Sequence record: SRR20825019_1726
Direction: 5' to 3' (one strand)
Length of the DNA stretch: 55,932 nucleotides
The notes under the pieces: model-generated
Databases searched by the model: none
What the model saw: only the letters and a program-made list of their open reading frames with translations
What the model was told of the DNA's origin: nothing
Part shown: positions 21,201 through 28,704 of the stretch, one piece after another
Layout: every line of letters begins with the position of its first letter
Numbering within the stretch: position 1 is the first letter of the stretch
Program-made: the position numbers and the translations under genes

Positions 21201-21286
21201 TCAACGTAACCGGTACAGATACGGCAGCTGACGTTTACGATGTACTTGGTCGTCGCTTCTTCTTCGGTGCGCGGGTTAAGTTCTAA
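18278..21286 (+). CDS. TonB-dependent receptor (TBDR2)
   Basis: GTG start after AGGAGG, EEVVVTGS, ERVDVLTGGASSLYGSDAVAGVVNF, C-terminal F. Confidence 0.96.
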   Translation: MTTLSNKARKAQLLGGTGIAAALALSLTGAVSAQDAAADETTFEEVVVTGSRIVSPDISSVSPVHVIGGEMIRQSGVANIQDLLLESPQFGVPGLSRSNSAFLTSGTGAATVDLRDLGSDRTLVLFNGRRVVSGRPGTATVDLNIVPTQFIERVDVLTGGASSLYGSDAVAGVVNFVFKKDFEGIEASAQYGVTEEGDDENYQANITVGSNFADDRGNMMFHIGYTDQKGVLSRERENTQMDDIDLFRLTGDPADFGTSSAPFLSSFPPQGRFDTGSGSTWTFDADNNLRPCFSTNGGTAPASCGDAAGEAIGPDGFNRQNYRTIAVPVERYLMATRGHYEVTEDITFFAEGTYANTRSSREIEPFALGSDNIYPASGGLMNIETMVGGTMMVNPLIPTAIVNDAVDSDGDGFRDISFARRLLEFGTRNGSVNRDTFRFSAGFEGSFMDDKFNWDVAYTYGRTSESQQSNGQVNVLNFASALAAVQDVNDLDNDGSTTDAICASADARAQGCVPVNIWGHNSASQAAINYIAADQTLETRISQQVINANISGALFEMPAGPLGVAIGGEYRKETSSANNDALTNAGLNAGNALPDTFGSFDVKELYAEVNIPILADLPFAESMNLRAAGRLSDYSTVGTVYTYSLGLDWSPIEDVKFRGTYARSVRAPNIGELYTGPSQTFPSGLTDPCAGIGATGGGAAGDNCRADAGVLANIAANGTFTLNQSDLQGISGFNSGNADLFEEKSDSITLGVVITPNSVEMLRNFTVTVDYFNIEIEDAIVAPPRQFILDQCYGQGEQSFCDLIERRAAPTATNSAGSLEFINAPLFNGGALKTEGLDVSIRHMTSLEGLGITGDLRSSIVYTNYFNGYTVPIPGADRDPFVGEIGDPKHRFTANMTYSHERFDIGLTGTYLGKSYEDDQFLAAFGLEPDDISVGAEIYLDLNAAFRINDTVEVYGGIDNLLDNKAPNLLSGTTFNVTGTDTAADVYDVLGRRFFFGARVKF

Positions 21287-21302
21287 GCACTGATGCAATA
21301 TA

Positions 21303-21361
21303 GAGACAGCCTTCAGGGGCTGTCTCCACTATGGAAAGCCCCGCTTCAAGCGGGGCTTTTT
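21303..21361 (+). terminator. 3' hairpin plus intrinsic terminator of TBDR2
   Basis: gagacagcc/ggctgtctc, then aaagccccgct-tca-agcggggctt-T run. Confidence 0.9.
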
Positions 21362-21367
21362 GCGTGT

Positions 21368-21511
21368 AAAAAAGGCATGCACCGGAGGGGTGCATGCCAA
21401 GGATGAGGTTGTATACTCAACTGTGCCGCCATGCGGCACGAGGAACGAGATTTGTGCCGGGGTACAAGCCGGTTAACGGACACGACAGGATTAGCCTGCA
21501 ACCCCGGCACA
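21368..21511 (-). ncRNA. Candidate small RNA with three stem-loops ending in an intrinsic terminator
   Basis: 11-bp stem 21453-21463/21501-21511 extends by G-U pairs only on the minus strand. 7-bp hairpin 21423-21439. 10-bp hairpin 21374-21398 followed by U6 on the minus strand. Confidence 0.6.
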
Positions 21512-21597
21512 TGACCAAACTTCAGCCCGAATTTCAATAAGGACCTTCTGCGTGATCACATCTGATACGCGGCTGGTACGGCGTGCCCTTCGTCAAA

Positions 21598-22149
21598 CTA
21601 TCGGTGTGCGAGGAAAATAATCCGCTGTTGCCCCTGTTTGCGGTCATCAAGGATCTGCAAACCAGTTGGCAACTCCGAGCTGTCATCGCTCGCCAGCTCG
21701 CAAACGATAACCCCGTCTAGGCTAAGCCAATCACCCGCTGTGATGGCTTCAAGGGTGGGCGAAACCAGACCCTGCCGGTACGGCGGGTCCATAAAAATGA
21801 AGTCGAATGTTTCTTTTGCGGGCGGCAGTTTGCTGGCGTCAAGCGGCATGACGGTGCAATCAGCCTGCGCTTTCAGCGCTTCGATATTGCCTTTGATGCA
21901 ATCAAGCGACGTGCGGGCTTTTTCAACAAACGTGGCGTGCGCGGCGCCGCGCGACAGAGCCTCAAGCCCAAGCGCGCCGGTCCCCGCGAATAGGTCGAGC
22001 ACTTTTGCACCCTGCATGTCCGGATAACGTGAATGGGTGAGCATGGAGAACAGGCGTTCCCGCATTCGGTCTGTGGTGGGGCGGATATCGCGACCATCAG
22101 GCACATTCAACCGCCGCCCACGATATAGGCCTGCGATGATGCGTGTCAT
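21598..22149 (-). CDS. rsmD: 16S rRNA m2G966 methyltransferase
   Basis: RIIAG..RGR, RPTTDR.RE.LF, LDLFAGTGALG.EALSRGA, DPPY. Confidence 0.97.
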   Translation of the reverse strand: MTRIIAGLYRGRRLNVPDGRDIRPTTDRMRERLFSMLTHSRYPDMQGAKVLDLFAGTGALGLEALSRGAAHATFVEKARTSLDCIKGNIEALKAQADCTVMPLDASKLPPAKETFDFIFMDPPYRQGLVSPTLEAITAGDWLSLDGVIVCELASDDSSELPTGLQILDDRKQGQQRIIFLAHR

Positions 22150-23255
22150 TTATCTCGAGCTTTCCTGGGGCCGCGAGCGCCGGGCCTGCCTTCTGGTCTT
22201 GCACCGGGCCTTGCGCCTGATCTCGCACCGGATTTTGCGCCGGTACGGGCACCTGTACCTTCGGGTTTTGCGCTCCGGCGACTGCTTGCGGGTTTGCCGT
22301 CTCGTGCCTTTTCGCTCTGGTTCTGGCGGCGGCTGTTTTCCCTGCCGCTCAAGGGGTCTGCTTTCGCACCCCGACGATCTGTGGACCTTGCGTCACCTTC
22401 ATCATTTCGGTTGCGAAACCTGCGTTTGGCGCCCAAGCGTACTTTTGTTTTGGGTTTCGCTTTTGCCCATTTGCTGGGGTCGCGTTTCTTCTCTGGCGCT
22501 GCAATGCTTTGCGTCGCGCCTTTGAAAAAGCCGTCCAGCACTTCATAAAGCTGCTTCTCTGGCACCTGTGCGACCGCACCGTCATTAAGTGTGCCGAGCG
22601 AGAAGGGCCCATAATGCGTGCGAATAAGCCGGTTTACCACAAGGCCCATGTGTTCCATCACCCGGCGTACCTCACGGTTTTTACCTTCGCGGATCGCGAT
22701 TGTGAGCCAGGCGTTCGTACCCTGTACGCGTTCAAGCCTGGCATCGATCGAGCCATAGTGGGTGCCATCGATGGTTACACCGTCAGACAGCGCCTTCAGC
22801 GCATCTTCATTGACCCGGCCATGCACCCGCACGCGGTAGCGACGGATAAGCTCGTTGGACGGCAGCTCAAGATAGCGCGCGAGCTCCCCATCGTTCGTGA
22901 GCAGCAGCAGCCCTTCGGTGTTCATATCCAACCGGCCCACAGCAATCACGCGTCCGATATGTTTGGCCAGTTGGTCAAACACGGTGCGGCGGCCTTCCGG
23001 GTCTTTGTGGGTGGTGAGTGTGCCACGCCTTTTGTGCAGGCGCCACAGCTTGGTGTCTGAAACAAGACCGATGGCTTCACCGTCAACAGTGATGCCTTTG
23101 AGGCTGGTCACAAGCACGGCCGCTGTTTCCAGCTTTTTGCCATCAAGCCAGATACGGCCTTCCTCGATCATGCGCTCAACATCGCGGCGTGAACCCACGC
23201 CCGCGCGGGCAAGGGCTTTGGCGATGCGTTCACCTTTTTGGTCTTCGTTGCTCAT
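22146..23255 (-). CDS. rluB: Pseudouridine synthase (RsuA/RluB family) with low-complexity C-terminal tail
   Basis: S4 domain (RIAKALARAGVGSRR), GRLD, EGLLLLTNDG, EGKNREVRR. Start placed at ATG 23255. Confidence 0.9.
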   Translation of the reverse strand: MSNEDQKGERIAKALARAGVGSRRDVERMIEEGRIWLDGKKLETAAVLVTSLKGITVDGEAIGLVSDTKLWRLHKRRGTLTTHKDPEGRRTVFDQLAKHIGRVIAVGRLDMNTEGLLLLTNDGELARYLELPSNELIRRYRVRVHGRVNEDALKALSDGVTIDGTHYGSIDARLERVQGTNAWLTIAIREGKNREVRRVMEHMGLVVNRLIRTHYGPFSLGTLNDGAVAQVPEKQLYEVLDGFFKGATQSIAAPEKKRDPSKWAKAKPKTKVRLGAKRRFRNRNDEGDARSTDRRGAKADPLSGRENSRRQNQSEKARDGKPASSRRSAKPEGTGARTGAKSGARSGARPGARPEGRPGARGPRKARDK

Positions 23256-23350
23256 GTGTCTTTGGCCTATGTAATTTGCGCGCACAATAGGGCTGTGCCC
23301 CAATGCGTGCAACTGAATCTGCGCCGCCGTTAACAGTCCTGACTTTTTTC

Positions 23351-23382
23351 TTGACCTTGCAGTCAATAACTACAACTGTAGT
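23351..23382 (+). promoter_or_regulatory. TTGACC -35-like element and BlaI/MecI/CopY-type operator ACTACA-N2-TGTAGT
   Basis: ttgacc at 23351-23356; perfect dyad actaca-ac-tgtagt at 23369-23382. Confidence 0.7.
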
Positions 23383-23441
23383 AGAAACTCACATCAAGTG
23401 GGGGTCACTATAAATATACACGACGATAACGAGGACAAAAA

Positions 23442-24980
23442 ATGAACCGAAAAACAACGAGCATGCCTTGGCGCCTTTTGGGTGCCGGTCTCCTGCTGGC
23501 GTCTTCCTGCTTGGCGAAAGCTGACAGCCTCTCCGACAAGCTTGATGGCTTCATGGCCGAGATGGAACAAAGCCCTTATGCGCCGCCCAGCTATAGTCTG
23601 GCGGTGGCAAGTGGTGACAGGCTACTTTATAGCCGCTTGCACGGTAACAAGGTCGCTGGTGGAGATGTGCCGCTGGATATGGATACGCGGCTTTATATTG
23701 CGTCGGTCAGTAAAAGTTTCATGGGCCTTTTGGCTGCCAAACTGGATGCCGAGGGCGTTCTGTCCCTTGACGCCACACTGGCAGATGAGTGGCCTGAACT
23801 TGGTCTCCCTGATCCAATCGACCCAGCAACGATCACCATGCGTATGCTGTTGTCGCACAATTTTGGCTTTGAGAATGACCCGCTTGTCATACGTACCGCC
23901 TATATCGGTGGTACCGCTATTGCGGACTTTGAAGAAATTCTCGAGCAGCACTCAGTGCCAATCGAATCCGGCTTCTCTTATGACAACTTGGGATACCTGA
24001 TTTACGCTGCAGTACTTGAGCGCAAGACGGGCCGTAGTTGGAAAGACTGGCTGAAGAACGATATTCACCGCCCGCTGGGACTTGAAAGCGCGAGCAATAT
24101 ACCGAGCGAAATCCCGGTAGCCGATATTGGCCTTGGTAATCATTTCAACCCATTGTCAAAAACAGGCTGGTCGGTTGCTACTGCAAAGCAGGATGATCTG
24201 ATGCATCCGGCGGGCGGGCATTTCATCTCCACGCATGATGCGGTGAGATGGCTTCAGGCCAATCTGAACAAGGCGGTGTTTGATCCGGCGGTATATAACA
24301 CTGCACAAACCGCTTATGCGGAACGCACACCGGCCAAAAAATATGCCGATATGACCTGTGACGGATATGGCCTTGGTTGGCAAACCTGTGATTATGCCGG
24401 TCACCGTGTCTTTTACCATGGTGGCACCTATAACGGCATGATGATCTTTATGGTTTTCCTGCCTGACGACAACCTGGTGGTTTCCTCCATCAATGGTGCC
24501 CGCGCCTATGGCTGGACATTTGGCTGGAACGCCCTTCAGCAGGCGGTGGATTATGCTCTTGGTCTTGAGGCGGCAGACGATAATGCCAGCAGGCGGCTTG
24601 AAGGCAGGGTGGAAAGTCAGGCAGGTTATGCGCACTTTCGTATGCGTATTCGGGAAGACGCCTTGCGGAAAGCCACCAGCCTTGAGGCTGCCGCCCTAAG
24701 ATCAGACCTTATCGGCACCTATAAGTCCCCTGCTTATGGGGACGCAACGATATGCGATGCCGGTGGCCGTCTGACGTTGAGGGTTGGTCATTTTTCAGCC
24801 GAGGTGCTCGCGAGCACGGAAGGGAGAGCATACCTGCTTGAACGCGCATATGGAGAACCTTCCAAACTTGATGTGTCACGGGGCAACGCGGATGATGCTC
24901 TGAGCTTCGGATGGGAAGGTGGCACTTTTAATCATGTGTCTGGTGATGGGTGCCTTGGCGGCGAGGACGTTTCGCGCTAA
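23442..24980 (+). CDS. Secreted serine hydrolase, beta-lactamase/S12 family
   Basis: Signal peptide, SVSK (SxxK), LLSH, YDN (YxN), HGG, extra C-terminal domain. Confidence 0.92.
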   Translation: MNRKTTSMPWRLLGAGLLLASSCLAKADSLSDKLDGFMAEMEQSPYAPPSYSLAVASGDRLLYSRLHGNKVAGGDVPLDMDTRLYIASVSKSFMGLLAAKLDAEGVLSLDATLADEWPELGLPDPIDPATITMRMLLSHNFGFENDPLVIRTAYIGGTAIADFEEILEQHSVPIESGFSYDNLGYLIYAAVLERKTGRSWKDWLKNDIHRPLGLESASNIPSEIPVADIGLGNHFNPLSKTGWSVATAKQDDLMHPAGGHFISTHDAVRWLQANLNKAVFDPAVYNTAQTAYAERTPAKKYADMTCDGYGLGWQTCDYAGHRVFYHGGTYNGMMIFMVFLPDDNLVVSSINGARAYGWTFGWNALQQAVDYALGLEAADDNASRRLEGRVESQAGYAHFRMRIREDALRKATSLEAAALRSDLIGTYKSPAYGDATICDAGGRLTLRVGHFSAEVLASTEGRAYLLERAYGEPSKLDVSRGNADDALSFGWEGGTFNHVSGDGCLGGEDVSR

Positions 24981-24989
24981 CACTGGCGC

Positions 24990-25442
24990 ATGATAGATCA
25001 TTTTCCGCATATGCATACCGCTCTTGATGAAGCGCGCGCAGCCGCCCAGCGCGGCGAGGTGCCCATAGGCGCTGTTGTTGTGGGGCCAGACGGCAAGGTG
25101 CTGGCCCGCGCGGGCAATGATGTTGTGGGGCCGCATGACCCCACTGGGCACGCGGAGATGATCGCCATCCGGCAGGCGGCAAAACTGCTTGGGTCTGAAC
25201 GGCTCGAGGGCTGCGACCTCTATGTCACGCTTGAGCCCTGCGCCATGTGCGCGCAGGCCATTGCGTTTGCGCGTATCCGCAGGCTTTATTACGGAGCTGA
25301 TGACACCAAAGGCGGCGGCATAACGGTGGGCGCGCGGATTTTCTCGCATCCCACCACCCACCATAAGCCGGAAATATATGGCGGCATATTGGAAGCAGAA
25401 GCCTCACAATTGCTTAGAGACTTTTTCCGCGCACGACGCTAA
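24990..25442 (+). CDS. tadA: tRNA adenosine deaminase-like nucleoside deaminase
   Basis: EVPIGAV, HAE, TLEPCAMC. Confidence 0.88.
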   Translation: MIDHFPHMHTALDEARAAAQRGEVPIGAVVVGPDGKVLARAGNDVVGPHDPTGHAEMIAIRQAAKLLGSERLEGCDLYVTLEPCAMCAQAIAFARIRRLYYGADDTKGGGITVGARIFSHPTTHHKPEIYGGILEAEASQLLRDFFRARR

Positions 25443-25451
25443 ACTCCCGAT

Positions 25452-26858
25452 ATGGGAGAAGACCTTAGGGCGAAATTCATAGCGTTTTTGAACGAGAGTT
25501 GGGTCTGGTTGCAGGCCAATCTCTTTGAGCCCATTCATCTTGCTGAAGTGGCCATCGTGGCAATTGCCTTTTTTGCCTCACGGTTCGCTTGCGGCAAAAT
25601 CCTGAAGGGCGTGCTGAAGGCCTTTGGCGACAAACCGATTGTGCAGAAGTTCAGCGCCCGCTTCCTGCATTCCATTTTCTCAACCGCCATGGCCATCATG
25701 CTGATGTGGACCGCGGTTCTGATCCTTGAGCCCTTCGTCGGCAGAACCTATATCCTCTCCATCGCGACAAGCTTGTTTACCGCATGGCTGGTGATCCGCC
25801 TCGCGGTAAGCCTGATCGCGAACCGGGAGCTCGCGCGCCTTGTGGCGGGCATTGCCTGGACACTGGCAGCGCTGAATATCGTCGGGCTTCTGGACCCGAT
25901 CATGATTGTGCTTGAAAGCGCCAAGCTGCCGCTAGGTGACGCCACCGTCAGTGTACTTGATATCTTCCAGGGCATCGTCACTTTTTCAGTGCTGCTTTGG
26001 GGCGCGCTAGCGCTTTCGGCTCTTCTGGAAAAACAGATCGTTCATTTTTCCACGCTGCCGCCAAGCGCGCGGGTGCTGATGACCAAATCCGGCAAAATAT
26101 TGCTGGTTTCTATCGCTTTCCTCACCGCGCTCAACGCCACGGGCATCGACCTTACCGCCCTCGCGGTCTTTGGTGGCGCACTTGGTGTTGGTATCGGTTT
26201 TGGTTTGCAGAAGGTGGTGGGGAATTTTATCTCCGGCATCATCTTGCTTATGGACCGCTCTATCAAGCCGGGTGATGTGATCGAAACGCAGGGCACCTAC
26301 GGTACCATCAACCGCCTGGCGGCACGCTATACCAGCGTGATCACGCGGGATGGGACGGAATATCTGATCCCAAATGAGGATATGATCACCCAGTCTGTGG
26401 TGAACTGGTCGCACAGCCACAGGCTGGTGCGCCGCCGTATCCCGGTACAGGTCAGTTATGATAGTGATCTCCGCCAAGCGATGGACCTGATGAACGAGGC
26501 TGCAAGCGAGGAAAGCCGCGTGCTTTCAAGCCCTGCACCCCGCACATTGCTGCGTGAATTTGGGTCGGACGGTGTGGATCTTGAGCTCAGAATGTGGATC
26601 GAAGACCCACAAAACGGGGTTTCAAATATCGCAAGCGATGTGATGCTCAGGATATGGGACAAATTCCACGAGAATGGAATTGAGTTCCCCTTCCCACAAC
26701 GTGTGGTACATTTACGTCATGAGAAGCCACCTACTGATGCCGCGCGCGCCACATCTGTGGTCGAAAGTGTGACGTATAATGAGACGAGTGAGGCGGAAAA
26801 TGTGGCGCTTGAGAGTAAAGGCGCCAAAGAAAAGGACGAAATAAACACCAAAGACTAA
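25452..26858 (+). CDS. MscS family mechanosensitive channel
   Basis: GALGVGIGFGLQ..N..SGII, IPNE, NWS, IEFPFPQR. Confidence 0.95.
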   Translation: MGEDLRAKFIAFLNESWVWLQANLFEPIHLAEVAIVAIAFFASRFACGKILKGVLKAFGDKPIVQKFSARFLHSIFSTAMAIMLMWTAVLILEPFVGRTYILSIATSLFTAWLVIRLAVSLIANRELARLVAGIAWTLAALNIVGLLDPIMIVLESAKLPLGDATVSVLDIFQGIVTFSVLLWGALALSALLEKQIVHFSTLPPSARVLMTKSGKILLVSIAFLTALNATGIDLTALAVFGGALGVGIGFGLQKVVGNFISGIILLMDRSIKPGDVIETQGTYGTINRLAARYTSVITRDGTEYLIPNEDMITQSVVNWSHSHRLVRRRIPVQVSYDSDLRQAMDLMNEAASEESRVLSSPAPRTLLREFGSDGVDLELRMWIEDPQNGVSNIASDVMLRIWDKFHENGIEFPFPQRVVHLRHEKPPTDAARATSVVESVTYNETSEAENVALESKGAKEKDEINTKD

Positions 26859-26884
26859 CAGCCACGCTTTAGGGGGAGGGACCA

Positions 26885-27307
26885 ATGAGCACAGGGCGGT
26901 TTATTTTAAGTGTTGTAGTCGCGTTCGTAATTTACAGTGTTTTCTACATGGGGCTGATGGCGTTTCTCTTTCTGGACGTCTATATGGCAAATGCCGACAT
27001 GTTCCGACCTGAAGCTGAGGGCATGGCGATGTACGGCATGCTCGGGCATCTGGTGCAGACGATTATCGTCGTTGCACTTTTCAATATGGCTGTTGCATCA
27101 AACTGCATCAAAACGGGTGCAAAATTTGGCCTGCTGATGGGCGGTTATCTGGCTGCGACCGATTTCACCACCTATATGGGGCTCAAGATGTCGCTGGCCC
27201 CGCTTCCTTATTCCATAGTCATTCACTTATTTGTCGGCACGGTTGTCGGCATGGTGCTGGCGAAGCTTCACGGGCCATCTGGCGAAGCATCACCAGCAGA
27301 CGCATAA
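26885..27307 (+). CDS. 4-TM hypothetical membrane protein, paralog A
   Basis: Four hydrophobic segments, GGGGAGGG SD, aligns with the next gene. Confidence 0.85.
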   Translation: MSTGRFILSVVVAFVIYSVFYMGLMAFLFLDVYMANADMFRPEAEGMAMYGMLGHLVQTIIVVALFNMAVASNCIKTGAKFGLLMGGYLAATDFTTYMGLKMSLAPLPYSIVIHLFVGTVVGMVLAKLHGPSGEASPADA

Positions 27308-27378
27308 CAACAATAAACTGGAGGATTTGCGAGGATAGACCCTCAAGGGGCACAACCAACAACTAAGGGGAGGGACCT

Positions 27379-27804
27379 ATGAACGTTGGTAAATTTATCC
27401 TGAATATCGTTGTAGCGTACATTGTATATGGCGTGCTTTACACCGTTGGGCCGATGTTTATTGCGGCAGATGCCTTTATGGCAGCGGAAGCCGCGATGAA
27501 ACCGATGGAAGAAACGGGCATGGCCGTGATGGCATACCATTTGGTGCAAACCGTGGTGGTTGTCTGGCTGTTTGATAAAGCCGTCGGGTCGGGCGACATG
27601 AAGGCTGCCGTGGTCTTTGGCCTTATGATCGGGCTTTATCTGGTGGCAACAGACAGCAATTGGTACACCATGCTGAAAGACTTCCCGCAAGACACCCGTA
27701 TGCCAATCATGGGCATGCATCTCGTGAACAACGCGATTGTTGCCGTCGTGCTCGCCTTTATGGCTGGCAGGGGCTGGGGCTCAAGCGCGAAAGCGGACGC
27801 TTAG
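27379..27804 (+). CDS. 4-TM hypothetical membrane protein, paralog B
   Basis: Shares GxFIL..VVA, HLVQT, FGL..G.YL.ATD and the same SD context with paralog A. Confidence 0.85.
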   Translation: MNVGKFILNIVVAYIVYGVLYTVGPMFIAADAFMAAEAAMKPMEETGMAVMAYHLVQTVVVVWLFDKAVGSGDMKAAVVFGLMIGLYLVATDSNWYTMLKDFPQDTRMPIMGMHLVNNAIVAVVLAFMAGRGWGSSAKADA

Positions 27805-27837
27805 GCATAAGCCAAGGCTTACCGGGTTTTAGCCTGA

Positions 27838-28692
27838 TCAGGCTTCCATATAGGCCCGGTAAGCTTCAATCAATCGTTTGGCGATGGGGCCTGGTGTCCC
27901 GTCGCCAATCTTATGGCCGTCCAACTCCACAATCGGCATGGCGCAGCCCGTTGAGCTTGAGAGGAACATCTCGGCACCGGCTTTTGCCTCCGCCAACGTG
28001 AAGGCTTTGGTTTCCACCTTGATCTGCATTTCTTCTGCCAGCTTTTTGAGTGTAGCGCGGGTAATGCCGGGCAGGATGTTATCATCCGTGGAGCGGGTTA
28101 CCAATGTGCCGTCCTTGCGCACCATCCACATGTTGGTGCTGCTGCCCTCGGTCACAAAGCCGTCCCGGTCTACCAGCACGGCTTCAAAGCCGCCCTTCTC
28201 CTTGGCCGCCTGTTTCGCCAGTATGTTGGGGAGCAGGGAGGTGGATTTGATATCGCACCGGCCCCAGCGGATATCGTTTTCCGAGAATGCCTTTACCCCC
28301 TTGGCCGCGCGGGCAAACACGCCATCAACGCTCAGGCGTTTGCAGGTGACAACAAGGCTGGGCATTGTTGGCTTGGTGGGGAAAGCATGATCGCGCCGGG
28401 CGACACCGCGGCTGATCTGGATATAGAGAAAACCGTCCGTCACGCGGTTGCGGCGAATAACTTCCCTGAACACAAAGCGCATGGGTGCCCGCTCCATAGG
28501 TGCAGCCATCGCCAGTTCCCGCATTGAGCGGCCCAGCCTGTCCAGGTGCGGTTCAAGGTCAACCATACGGCCTTTGCGAACTGTCACGCCCTCATACACC
28601 GCATCGGCGAACTGATAGCCGCGATCATCGATCGAGACCACAGCCTCATCGTGGGGAACATAAGCACCATTGACATAAGCAATGCGGGACAT
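27838..28692 (-). CDS. dat: D-amino-acid aminotransferase (class IV PLP)
   Basis: DRGYQFAD.VYE, SRGVA.RDH.FP, RW.RCDIKS, EGSSTN, LPGITR. Confidence 0.9.
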   Translation of the reverse strand: MSRIAYVNGAYVPHDEAVVSIDDRGYQFADAVYEGVTVRKGRMVDLEPHLDRLGRSMRELAMAAPMERAPMRFVFREVIRRNRVTDGFLYIQISRGVARRDHAFPTKPTMPSLVVTCKRLSVDGVFARAAKGVKAFSENDIRWGRCDIKSTSLLPNILAKQAAKEKGGFEAVLVDRDGFVTEGSSTNMWMVRKDGTLVTRSTDDNILPGITRATLKKLAEEMQIKVETKAFTLAEAKAGAEMFLSSSTGCAMPIVELDGHKIGDGTPGPIAKRLIEAYRAYMEA

Positions 28693-28704
28693 AGCTGGTC
28701 TCAC

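Noticed and set aside
14193-21286. Both TBDRs exactly 1002 aa, suggesting a recent inverted duplication
   Set aside because: Sequences are strongly diverged outside the plug motifs, so the equal length looks coincidental.
21346-21537. 63-aa minus-strand ORF over the candidate sRNA
   Set aside because: TTG start without SD, runs through a terminator, and the stem pattern fits RNA structure better.
22170-22265. GARx tetrapeptide repeats in RluB
   Set aside because: Ordinary low-complexity basic tail of this family.
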